Part shown: one piece after another, positions 55,520 to 64,000 of the stretch | How the letters are laid out: the number at the start of each line of letters is the position of its first letter | Position numbering within the stretch: position 1 is the first letter of the stretch | From: a virus | DNA length: 64,000 bases | Virus record (IMG/VR): IMGVR_UViG_3300031419_000010 | Coordinates: 32,001 to 96,000 of that record | Reading direction: 5' to 3' (one strand) | Position numbers and translations under genes: made by a program | The notes under the pieces: generated by a model | What the model saw: the letters and a program-made list of their open reading frames with translations, nothing else | Databases searched by the model: none | Told to the model about the DNA's origin: nothing

Positions 55520-56560
55520 ATGAGTGACGTTCATCAGGTAGTTATGGAAGAGATCGGGAAACTTCCCGGCGATAAAAAGTTTGCAGCAGAATCCATTATT
55601 GTTTGCTGTCCGTTCCACGACGACAGATCACCAAGTTGCGGAATCTACACAGCAGTAGGAATGGAAATTCCATTAGGTTACTTTCACTGTTTCGGTTGCG
55701 GTGAAAAAGGAAGTTGGAATGATCTTGCGCGTAAGGCAGGATTGCAGGAAATAAAAGAATGGCGCATGAAAGACGCAGGCGAAAACTCGCTTAGCGCATT
55801 GCTCCAGACTTACGACAAGATGGATAAGAAAGTTGGCACGTATGCAACTGTTGCGCTTTTGATGAAAGCGTTAAAGCGCGATAGTTATATGGAATGGCCG
55901 GAAGATGTGGAGTGGCGAACTTATCCGGGATCGTTAGTTCGTGCGGCAGGTGGATTGTTGAATGCGCAGCGTACCGGAACAAACATTTGTTTCTTTCCGT
56001 GCAAGGTAGGATCAAAATACATTGGCGGCGTTGCGGCGTATCTTACCAAACAATTAACCGGAACAAGTTACGTTAACTCTAATGGTGATTGGGCCAAAAC
56101 AAAAGGTCTGTTTCCGACTCAACTTGTGCGCGACTGTTTGAAAAAATACAAACTGAAATATGTTGTGTTGGTTGAAGGGCCACGCGATGCGCTTGCGCTT
56201 CTCAGTTATGGAATCCCGGCGCTGGCGGTATTAGGTGCGCAGCAGTTTGGATCTGAGAAAAGAAGGCTGGTTGAAATGTTAGGTGTGACTACGGTCTACA
56301 CAATGACAGATAACGATGACGGCGGGAAACTTTTGAGGGATAAGATTTTCAAGGAGTTCTCAACCAATTCGCTTATGCGTGTTAAGCATTTCAAATTGCC
56401 GCGTGAGAAGGACGAGAAAGGAAAGCTGATTAAACTTGATCCGGACAATGCGCCAATCAAGATCATCAAAGAAGTGAAGGCACTGTTGAAAGACGTGCAA
56501 GGCGAGAAGTGTTTTATCCCAGCAAAGAAGTTAGGCTGGAAACGCGAGAAGAAAAAATAA
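55520..56560 (+). CDS. DnaG-type DNA primase (CHC2 zinc finger plus TOPRIM)
   Basis: CPFHDDRSPS..FHCFGCG; VEGPRD; TDNDDGG; LDP. Confidence 0.92.
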   Translation: MSDVHQVVMEEIGKLPGDKKFAAESIIVCCPFHDDRSPSCGIYTAVGMEIPLGYFHCFGCGEKGSWNDLARKAGLQEIKEWRMKDAGENSLSALLQTYDKMDKKVGTYATVALLMKALKRDSYMEWPEDVEWRTYPGSLVRAAGGLLNAQRTGTNICFFPCKVGSKYIGGVAAYLTKQLTGTSYVNSNGDWAKTKGLFPTQLVRDCLKKYKLKYVVLVEGPRDALALLSYGIPALAVLGAQQFGSEKRRLVEMLGVTTVYTMTDNDDGGKLLRDKIFKEFSTNSLMRVKHFKLPREKDEKGKLIKLDPDNAPIKIIKEVKALLKDVQGEKCFIPAKKLGWKREKKK

Positions 56561-56572
56561 CTGCACCAAAAC

Positions 56573-56604
56573 AAAAGGGGAAGCCGCAATGGTTTCCCCT
56601 TTTT
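56573..56604. terminator. Bidirectional intrinsic terminator between convergent genes
   Basis: AAAAGGGGAAGCC-GCAAT-GGTTTCCCCTTTTT. Confidence 0.8.
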
Positions 56605-56622
56605 CATTTCACCAACGAATTT

Positions 56623-57279
56623 TTATTCGTCGTCTTCCTCTTCTTCTTCATCGTTCATGCGATCTTGAATCGCTTCCAGAATCAGCTCAGTCAGAGGGCC
56701 GCTCTTGATTGATTTGCGCAGACGTTCCAGATCGTCAAACGTCAGGCTGTGGGCGCGAGTCATGAATTCACGTTGCAGAGACTCATCATCTTCGTCTTCT
56801 TCTGCGCGGTCGATCATGGCTTCGATGAAATCGTTGTTCGGAGAATTTTTCTGCTTCTTAGCGATCTTACGTGCCTTAGCAGAAGTTTCGCCAGAATCCA
56901 GATCGATCTCTTCGTGGTCTTCGCTATCGTCGGTAATGGTATCAACGATTTTGTTGATGCGCTGATATTCAGATTTTGCGCGAGGTGTAGAAAGATATTT
57001 TTCTGCATCTTCGGCGCGAACGATAACGAGTTGCTTTTTGGTAAGAATCTGACGCAGCGTTGAACTGCGCAGCAGATTTTCCAGCGGTGCCATCGTGGTA
57101 AGATCAATCGGGATAAAGGTCGCCGGGATCAGTACCGGAATAGTGACGTTAAGTTCGTTGATACAGTTGAAAGCGATGTTCCCGTTTGGGTTCGAACGGT
57201 TCAACACGTACAAGGACGCGACAGGATCGTTGCCGAATTCTTTGTTAAACTGCGTCAGAGAGATGGGGGTGATTTTCAT
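56623..57279 (-). CDS. Hypothetical protein sharing its N-terminal domain with the Ig-repeat protein
   Basis: IDLTTMAPLENLLRSSTLRQ vs VDLTEYAPLQNLLASAELRQ. Confidence 0.8.
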   Translation of the reverse strand: MKITPISLTQFNKEFGNDPVASLYVLNRSNPNGNIAFNCINELNVTIPVLIPATFIPIDLTTMAPLENLLRSSTLRQILTKKQLVIVRAEDAEKYLSTPRAKSEYQRINKIVDTITDDSEDHEEIDLDSGETSAKARKIAKKQKNSPNNDFIEAMIDRAEEDEDDESLQREFMTRAHSLTFDDLERLRKSIKSGPLTELILEAIQDRMNDEEEEEDDE

Positions 57280-57391
57280 TTAAATGTTACTCCAAGATTT
57301 AGCGAATTTGTTTTCAGTACCCGCACGTCCATGTGCAGAAAGATTTGAGCTAGTTAAACATTACCAAGTTCAGATCTATTACATGAAAAAG

Positions 57392-59383
57392 TTACTCAGC
57401 AGCTTTGGCGGCAACGGTATAAGTGAAACTGGAGTTTGCGAAACCACGTTTTGCGAAACCAATTTCAATTTCCTGTGCGGCAGCGGCGGCGGATTTGAGA
57501 TTCAGAGTAAAGCTACCTGCGTCGTCAGCTTCAACAGAAGCAGAAGCATCAGCACAAGTTACCAGAGCGTGAGGCTCCGTGGTTGCCGTTACGGTGGTGT
57601 CACCTTCTGTAATGGTCAACGCTGGTTCAACGAAATTACTAAGCGCGGTAGGAGTTACCGTTAAAGTTTTATCTGCGTAATGCAGTTTCTTAAACGTTAA
57701 AGTTTCTGCGCTGTTCATCGCCGGGCCAGACAGTTCGAAATTACCATCGGACTCAACAGTGCCAACTTTATTACCTTCGATGAAAATTTCTGCATCAGGT
57801 TCTGCGGTGCCGTTGATTTCAGTTTCACCAACATAAATAGTTTGATAAGTTGGTGCAGCCTGAACACTCAGCGCTTTGACTGCAAGCACTAAAGTTTTAT
57901 CAGCGTAGTTTGTTTTCTGGAACAGAACGTTGGTGTTGCCTGCGCTCAGTGCATCAACGGTCAGACTAAATGATCCATCAGCAGAAGCGACAACAGATTT
58001 ATCCGCAACAGAAACTTTCGTTCCTTCCAGAGTTGTACCAGTGATAACAGTGTCACCTGCGTACGCATCGTTAAGCGTTGGTGCTGGCAGATCTTTTCCG
58101 AGAATATCTACTTCGGCTGCTTTCGAGTTGTAGTATTCGCTGGTGAAAGTAATGATCGCTTCGCCTGCATCCAATGCGTCAGTTGCAAAACTAAATGCGC
58201 CGTCGTTACCAACAGCAACGTCGTAAGTTTTCGCGTCCGTTACCAGTTCAGCTTTAACATCGGTTGAACCAGCTTTCAGAACAACTTTACCTTTCACAAC
58301 TTTTTCTTCCGCGTGAACGGCGTCAACAGTTACTGCGCCAAACTCGTTTTTCTCAGGAGTGCGAGAGAACGTAGTTTCTTTGTAGCCAGTAGATTTGACA
58401 GTTGCTTTAACGTCGCCCTGAATAGGATTGCAGTTAGCGTTGTATTCAGTTTCGTTTGCCGGAACAGTGACGTTAATCAGTGCCTGGCCAGCGATCTCAA
58501 TTTCAACGCCAAACGGCAACGGCTGTGCCGGATTGATGTTTAACAGAACAGCGTCATCCAGATATTTCGGAGTGATCATTGTTACGTTAACTTCGCGCTG
58601 TTGTGCAGCAGGCGTCACAGTCAGATCGGTGTAGCCTTCATGCGAGAAAAGAATTTCCAGAGTGCCGTGAGGATACGGAACGTCCAGAGCAAATTTTCCA
58701 TCGCTACCAGCAGTCGCAACGTCAGCGCTATTGCCGTCATTCAGAAGAATAACAGTTGCGCCTTCGAGTGTGGTGCCGGTGATCTGCGAGTCAAAGTTGG
58801 TGAAGGTGTTCACAGTTGGCTGCGGATAAACCTGCTTCGGTTTTTCCTGAACAGTCACAGCGACGTTTTTAGTTTCAAATTTTTCTTTCATGAAACTAAC
58901 GTTAAACTGTTGACCAGCAACAAGCAAATCAATCACAGGCAGAGAAAAGTTTTTACCTTCTCCGACGATTGTTGCAGAAACTTTACCGCCAATCACAGAT
59001 TGAACTTGAGTTCCTTCCGGTGCGCTTCCGGAAATCGCGGTGTCGCCTTCGGTAACAGGAACATCAACCAGCGTGTAAGCCGGGAACTTTTGATCATTTG
59101 GCTCAGGCATATCCTGCGGGTTAACCAAGCGCAGTTGCTTTGAAGCAAACACTTGACGCAGTTCGGCACTTGCCAAAAGGTTTTGTAGCGGCGCATATTC
59201 GGTAAGGTCAACGGCGCTTCCCGTGATCGGAATGATAATGTCGCGCATACGAAAATCGCTACCAAGCACACTGAAAGAAATCTGACCGCGAGGGAAACTT
59301 GCGTTGCGAACCCACATCTTTGGATCAGTAAGAACATTCGTTTTCAGAATTTGTTCAAACTGTTCAAGAGTAATCGTACTCAT
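57392..59383 (-). CDS. Ig-like repeat protein, likely virion surface or capsid decoration
   Basis: about 7 repeats of roughly 75-80 aa (ISGSAPEG, ITGTTLEG x2, INGTAEPD, VTATTEPH; DGxFxL). Confidence 0.8.
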   Translation of the reverse strand: MSTITLEQFEQILKTNVLTDPKMWVRNASFPRGQISFSVLGSDFRMRDIIIPITGSAVDLTEYAPLQNLLASAELRQVFASKQLRLVNPQDMPEPNDQKFPAYTLVDVPVTEGDTAISGSAPEGTQVQSVIGGKVSATIVGEGKNFSLPVIDLLVAGQQFNVSFMKEKFETKNVAVTVQEKPKQVYPQPTVNTFTNFDSQITGTTLEGATVILLNDGNSADVATAGSDGKFALDVPYPHGTLEILFSHEGYTDLTVTPAAQQREVNVTMITPKYLDDAVLLNINPAQPLPFGVEIEIAGQALINVTVPANETEYNANCNPIQGDVKATVKSTGYKETTFSRTPEKNEFGAVTVDAVHAEEKVVKGKVVLKAGSTDVKAELVTDAKTYDVAVGNDGAFSFATDALDAGEAIITFTSEYYNSKAAEVDILGKDLPAPTLNDAYAGDTVITGTTLEGTKVSVADKSVVASADGSFSLTVDALSAGNTNVLFQKTNYADKTLVLAVKALSVQAAPTYQTIYVGETEINGTAEPDAEIFIEGNKVGTVESDGNFELSGPAMNSAETLTFKKLHYADKTLTVTPTALSNFVEPALTITEGDTTVTATTEPHALVTCADASASVEADDAGSFTLNLKSAAAAAQEIEIGFAKRGFANSSFTYTVAAKAAE

Positions 59384-60000
59384 TTAATTTTCTCCAGAAG
59401 AGAGTTTAAGGCGAAACAGAAGATCTGATACTTTTTCGGAGTCAGGCCAAGCGCGGTGCCTAGCGCAAACTCCGTGTTAGTAAGAGTTGAAGTTACTTCT
59501 GCAAAACGCGCTTCGTCGCCCATGTACTGCAACATCCAGATTTGATATTCCGGAAAAGTTTCTTGCAGGAATCCATGAACGCCGTCAACAGATGGAACGG
59601 TTCCAACGTTGTATGAGAAATTTCTTTCCGTTGCAGTGAGATCAAGTTTGTGAATAAAAGTGCTCAGACAAATTGCAAGACGCGCACGGTTCTGTGAGCG
59701 ACGAACAGTTGCCTCAAGTTGCTTTTGATCAAACTCACCAAGTTCGGGGAACAATCCCTTTTTGTAGTAAGCGATTTCTTTACTGCTAATCGGACGGTCA
59801 GAACTTTCTTTTCTGTCCAGCGCAAGACAGCCAGTTTCAGTTGCGGTTGTGCAATACTGGCAGCGCGACATTGGACACATGCCACGAAAGCGAAAAGGAT
59901 GGTTCGACTCTTCCAATTCAGGACAAAGATTGATCGGACGCGTATCAACTTTAATCGGAATGTTTTTCTGTTTGCGTTTTGCTCTTACTGCGGTTGCCAT
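59380..60000 (-). CDS. Hypothetical protein with N-terminal Cys cluster
   Basis: C..CPMSRCQYC..C. Confidence 0.7.
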   Translation of the reverse strand: MATAVRAKRKQKNIPIKVDTRPINLCPELEESNHPFRFRGMCPMSRCQYCTTATETGCLALDRKESSDRPISSKEIAYYKKGLFPELGEFDQKQLEATVRRSQNRARLAICLSTFIHKLDLTATERNFSYNVGTVPSVDGVHGFLQETFPEYQIWMLQYMGDEARFAEVTSTLTNTEFALGTALGLTPKKYQIFCFALNSLLEKIK

Positions 60001-60059
60001 CTTTTGAATTCCTGTATACAGATTTTATTTTCTATTACAGTACATTTACAGCTTTTGTT

Positions 60060-60746
60060 TCAAAAGTTTGGAAATTCCACACAATATTCCAAAACAGTCA
60101 AGCTGGAATTTGGTGCTGTATCCAGATGATCTGCGCATGACAAAATTAAAATTCGTGGACGCTGCTTAAACGGCAACGTGTGTTTCGAAACCATTTTGGT
60201 AACGTTGTCTACAAGCTCGTTTAAGTTTTTCCAGTTGAATGATGCACGGGCAAGATCTTCAACTTGATGCTTGTTGAAAAGCTCAAGGTATTTTTCGTGC
60301 GTGATCATTTCAGTGCCAACGCCTACAGTTTCAAACATGCTGCGAATCACATCACACGTTCGGAACATAGGAAGCGAAACAGGCGCAAGCGGATCGATAG
60401 GTTGGTCAACATTGAATCCACGAGGACAAACAGAGAAAACAAACGTGGTAAAGTTTTTGCCTTCGGTCTGGATCGTTTCAATTTCGCGATAATAAATATC
60501 GCAGCCGAGATCCGGATCAACCGTTGGGAAAACTTTACTGCCAACAAAATGCTGAATATCTTTTATCAGCTTGTTGTAAGTGATCCAAGTAGATTTAAAT
60601 TCAAACTGCTCAAGCAGATTGCCTTTGGTATCCCGCGCCGCCTGCCCCGGAAGAAGAATGTGAAGGTCTGCTTCGAACAGCGCTTCCATTAAAGACTGAA
60701 TCAGCACGTCAGTTTGAAAATTGTTGGTTTGCATATTAACGGTCAT
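60060..60746 (-). CDS. Hypothetical protein
   Basis: 228 aa; coupled to the RuvC-like gene. Confidence 0.7.
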   Translation of the reverse strand: MTVNMQTNNFQTDVLIQSLMEALFEADLHILLPGQAARDTKGNLLEQFEFKSTWITYNKLIKDIQHFVGSKVFPTVDPDLGCDIYYREIETIQTEGKNFTTFVFSVCPRGFNVDQPIDPLAPVSLPMFRTCDVIRSMFETVGVGTEMITHEKYLELFNKHQVEDLARASFNWKNLNELVDNVTKMVSKHTLPFKQRPRILILSCADHLDTAPNSSLTVLEYCVEFPNF

Positions 60747-61312
60747 GTTTTAAATTCCAAAAGTTTGGGCGAATTGAGGAAGCGATCAATTAGTTTGTAG
60801 ATCGTCTTCTGAATTCCCGCAAAGGGTTTGAGATTGTTCATTTTATAGAACGTATAAACTCCAATCAACATGGAGTCGAATTCGTGAATTGCTTTCTTAC
60901 TCTTTTTCGAAGTAAGTTTAAACTCATCGTAAAGATCTTTGAGTTTTGGTTCGCACTCACGGTTGAAAGCATTCTTCCATTGCGAAGCAGTGATCGCAAA
61001 GAAGGGAATTTTTTTCTTATGGCAGTAAAAAGCCATAACGCCAATCATGATACTGATTGCTTCGATGGTGTTTCCACCTAACCCGCGTGACTGAAAGCGT
61101 TCAAAACACATTGCGTCAAACGGGCCATACTTTTTGTCGATTGCAGTGATCTCGTCAAGAAACTTTTTCGTTACTGCGCCAAGATCACCAGTAAGATCTT
61201 GAATCGGACTGCCAAACATTCGCGTTCCGATAATGTCCAACTTCTTTTTCTCAAAGTTGATAACGGTAAGCGCAAAGTTCACTTTTCCGGGATCACCAGA
61301 TAAAATGCGCAT
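60743..61312 (-). CDS. ruvC: RuvC-like Holliday junction resolvase
   Basis: ILSGDPG, CFER, ASQWK and HEFDS RNase H-fold motifs. Confidence 0.85.
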   Translation of the reverse strand: MRILSGDPGKVNFALTVINFEKKKLDIIGTRMFGSPIQDLTGDLGAVTKKFLDEITAIDKKYGPFDAMCFERFQSRGLGGNTIEAISIMIGVMAFYCHKKKIPFFAITASQWKNAFNRECEPKLKDLYDEFKLTSKKSKKAIHEFDSMLIGVYTFYKMNNLKPFAGIQKTIYKLIDRFLNSPKLLEFKT

Positions 61313-61447
61313 AGAAAGCTCCTTTTATTTGTCTATATAAATAATCATTCGTGCGCCTCAAGGTAGAATAAAATTTTATCAGTAATTTTTCTAAGTAAAG
61401 GATTGCTGTGAGAAGGTGTACCATAACGGGCTATTAGAGGCGACACT

Positions 61448-62563
61448 ATGAGTTGGATCAATTCTGGAAAAAGCCGCACCACTTACAAACGACACAAAAC
61501 TTATGAAGGTGAAAGAGTCCAAAAAAGATTGGACAGCATCATCGAAGTTGTGCAGTCGAAAGTTGAGCAAGCTCTTGCTGTTGATAGCACAAAAGTTATC
61601 ATCTTTAAAAAAGCAAAGTTTGGTTTGGTGTGCAGTTGTAACCGCGTCGAAAATGATTTCGAAGATCTTTTAGAAGGCGGGATGAAAAGCGTTGTGCGCG
61701 AAAATGATGGCGAGTCGCGAGGCGCAGGAGTTTCAATTAAAAGTTCCGGCTCCACGATGTTTGGTGGAAAAGGAAAAGGCGCAATTGCGTTAGATGATAT
61801 GATCAGTTCCAGTGCGCAGGCCACGCTTGACGCTGCGGATATGATGAGTGACGGCGGCGAAGAAGATATTCGCTATGACGGAGGCAACAACGTTAACTGC
61901 GGTATCTGTTATCGTCAGGGTGTGCAGCCGGGCTATCAGTCAACAGGTTATATCTATAACGTAATGACGCATCACCACACGCAAAAACTTTCCGGATACA
62001 ATGAGGATCAGTCAACAGCGCCAACAACTTTCAAAGCAGTTAAGAAAGGGGCGTACGTTGATTTTGAAACCTTAGTACCGAAATATTTTAAGTCGGCAAA
62101 ATACAGCATTCGCATAAACGAGATTGTGTTGCCGCCTAGCGTGAAAATGTTTGCTGTGATCAACGGCAAAGAAACCGCGCTCACTCTTGATCTTCTGAAC
62201 AAAAAGAAAGGTCAGAATATTATTGTGCGCGTCAAAGATGTTGAGGTGTTCACTCACGCCATTTTGATTTTTGATTTGGGTGTGGCTGACGTTAACTGCA
62301 ATATCAGCGAAGAACAAAACACGTTGAACTACGATCAAGAACTCACAGTTGGTAATATCACTGTAGTGCTTCCTGCTCGTGTTGGAATGATTGAGCCGGA
62401 AGATATTCTTGTTCTGCCGTTCAAACGTTATGTTCTGAAAGTTACTGAGGCACCAAAGAAACGCACTGCAAAAAATCAGTCGTGGGAATGGGTTGTCACA
62501 ACACGTCCAGTACAGCGAAAGGAATTGCAGTACAACATCAACAAAGGTTTTGACTTGAGGTAA
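61448..62563 (+). CDS. Hypothetical protein, possibly virion neck or head-completion
   Basis: 371 aa; CSC..CGIC split zinc site; C-terminal beta-barrel-like EPEDILV..YVLKV; GAGG RBS. Confidence 0.6.
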   Translation: MSWINSGKSRTTYKRHKTYEGERVQKRLDSIIEVVQSKVEQALAVDSTKVIIFKKAKFGLVCSCNRVENDFEDLLEGGMKSVVRENDGESRGAGVSIKSSGSTMFGGKGKGAIALDDMISSSAQATLDAADMMSDGGEEDIRYDGGNNVNCGICYRQGVQPGYQSTGYIYNVMTHHHTQKLSGYNEDQSTAPTTFKAVKKGAYVDFETLVPKYFKSAKYSIRINEIVLPPSVKMFAVINGKETALTLDLLNKKKGQNIIVRVKDVEVFTHAILIFDLGVADVNCNISEEQNTLNYDQELTVGNITVVLPARVGMIEPEDILVLPFKRYVLKVTEAPKKRTAKNQSWEWVVTTRPVQRKELQYNINKGFDLR

Positions 62564-62565
62564 TC

Positions 62566-63126
62566 ATGCAGACAGAAATTATTCTAGGTCGCAATCCCGA
62601 TCAGGTTGCAGATATTCCACAAAGCGGAGACGCGCAAAACACGATCACTGGCGAGAAGCTAACAGAGGATGCGCCGCGCACTGATTCAACGATCACGATG
62701 CGCGACAACGCACCAGTTGTTAAGCAGGCCGAAGCTGTTGACGTTCGTCCGACGAGCATCAAAGCGGTGGCGTGTGACGATCCCGGCTACGAAGATTATC
62801 TTAAACGTTTGTACAACGTTCCGGAAGGCGGCGAAGTGTCAGGCATTCAAAGAATCTTTGCAGGTCTGGCGCAAGAACTTCACGACATTACTCAGGGATC
62901 AATTGATCGCAAATACAATGTTGTTGGCGGTGTGAGTGAGTCGCGATCTAAATCGGCAAATGCGCGAAGCAAAATGCTGAAAATGATCATGCCGGAATTG
63001 AGTCGTGACATGGGCGATAAACTGTCGAAAGCCGTTGGAGACAACGATGGAGACGCTGTTGCTATGCTTATGGCGCAGATCGGCAGGAAGTTGCAGAAAA
63101 AGCTCAACATGAAAAATCGAAAGTGA
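62566..63126 (+). CDS. Hypothetical protein
   Basis: 186 aa; GAGG RBS. Confidence 0.7.
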   Translation: MQTEIILGRNPDQVADIPQSGDAQNTITGEKLTEDAPRTDSTITMRDNAPVVKQAEAVDVRPTSIKAVACDDPGYEDYLKRLYNVPEGGEVSGIQRIFAGLAQELHDITQGSIDRKYNVVGGVSESRSKSANARSKMLKMIMPELSRDMGDKLSKAVGDNDGDAVAMLMAQIGRKLQKKLNMKNRK

Positions 63127-63149
63127 GTAGAATCGCATTCTAAGGGCTT

Positions 63150-63186
63150 AAAACGCAAATCTACGCGATATTGAAATTTGCGTTTT
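63150..63186. repeat. 11-bp inverted repeat (terminator or operator)
   Basis: AAAACGCAAAT 63150-63160 / ATTTGCGTTTT 63176-63186. Confidence 0.65.
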
Positions 63187-63571
63187 TTATTAAATCCCTT
63201 TTTACTCTTACATATCAATGACTTACAGAATGAGCCAAATATTTTACACGTATTTCGGAAATGAAACTTTCGCTATCCTTTGAGTATTTGCCTATATCCA
63301 TTGAGTATAGGTAGGGCTAGGTAGGGTATAGCTAGATCGTATGGTGATACCTATAGCGGAGCGCAATGCCGAACGGACGCAGCCCAGGCCCAGGCCGCCC
63401 CAGGCGTAAACCAGCGTAGCGTATGCGTGTATAGCTTTTTAAAATAGATAAGGTCACAAAGAATTTTATCTTGAAGACAAGAGCTAAAAATAAAAGGGAT
63501 CTTTGGGCAGGTGGATCGGAAAAATTCTGTAAAGATCAAATGTGTTTCGATAAATCATGTTTAGGTATGTT

Positions 63572-64000
63572 ATGGATACTTTTATCATTAAGAATCCTGC
63601 GTATCAAGAGCATTTCACAGTCGAATGGGTTCGAAAGAATGTTATCTTTGCGTGTCCGTACGATGGCCCGGAAGATCGCGAGTGGGAATTTAGAGAACAA
63701 GTTTCCACCTTCTTCTGGCACATTGTGCATTGCACACTTTATAACAGCAAGTTTAAAAACGTTAAGCGTCTTCCGTCTATTCCTTTCGCTTGGGTCTTTG
63801 GTATTCAAAAACTGCCTATGGTTTTTGGATCGGCAGGTAGCCACGGATCAAGTTCAAGATACTCGGAAAAATCGAGAACGAAGTTTTCACGCGCACTAGA
63901 ATGGCTAAAAGAAAATGTTCTGGATGTGTCAGGCTATAAATATGGCGCAGCGGGATCGGCGTGTCGTGAGTTCAGGATCAAACGTGCGGTATTTGATGGC
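63572..64000 (+). CDS. 5' part of hypothetical protein (MDTFIIKNPAYQEHF...), open to the window end
   Basis: translated by hand, no stop to 64000; AGGT RBS; CTGTAAA 38 nt upstream. Confidence 0.7.
   Translation, partial: MDTFIIKNPAYQEHFTVEWVRKNVIFACPYDGPEDREWEFREQVSTFFWHIVHCTLYNSKFKNVKRLPSIPFAWVFGIQKLPMVFGSAGSHGSSSRYSEKSRTKFSRALEWLKENVLDVSGYKYGAAGSACREFRIKRAVFDG

Noticed and set aside
61336-61343. T4-type late promoter TATAAATA
   Set aside because: Isolated intergenic occurrence in an AT-rich gap; not seen recurring upstream of other candidate late genes
63471-63899. ORF-track 142-aa ORF (and antisense 63536..63844)
   Set aside because: Another frame starting at 63572 with an RBS stays open to the window end and is the more plausible gene
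1-64000. tRNA or rRNA genes; stop-codon reassignment
   Set aside because: No cloverleaf seen in the short intergenic gaps (tRNAscan-SE would be decisive); genes tile densely and known enzymes are full length under the standard code

Overview
A gene-dense, roughly 43-44% GC segment of a large (jumbo-type) tailed phage genome, probably infecting an enterobacterium. The resemblance to the Erwinia Y3 / Dickeya JA / Pseudomonas PaBG-Lu11-type group is my inference from gene content and is not verified. Almost all genes are on the minus strand. Bases 1-46 kb are an accessory, probably early region of small hypothetical genes, paralog families and acidic helix-extension-helix proteins. It also carries an HD hydrolase, lytic transglycosylase, dUTPase, UvsE, a TraR/YbiI-like protein, a radical SAM enzyme, Tpt1/KptA, a GNAT, two DNA methyltransferases and a NADAR-like protein. 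Bases 46-64 kb hold core genes: RecA/UvsX, SSB, a sigma70-like factor, an Acb1-like 2H phosphoesterase, a SWIM protein, a Cas4-like nuclease, primase, an Ig-repeat protein, RuvC and probable virion genes. Main observations: (1) two neighbouring DNA methyltransferases of different classes each carry a degenerate beta-class MTase module at the C-terminus, suggesting a pseudo-enzyme-bridged complex; (2) eight copies of a 30-bp element lie exactly 21 nt from a -10-like hexamer with no good -35, defining a phage promoter class; (3) a second motif, CTGTAAA, lies about 36-50 nt upstream of replication genes and the sigma gene; (4) several candidate anti-defence enzymes. I saw no CRISPR array, tRNA, rRNA or IS. 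All calls are by-eye motif recognition. Several start codons were moved from the ORF track to the RBS-supported ATG.
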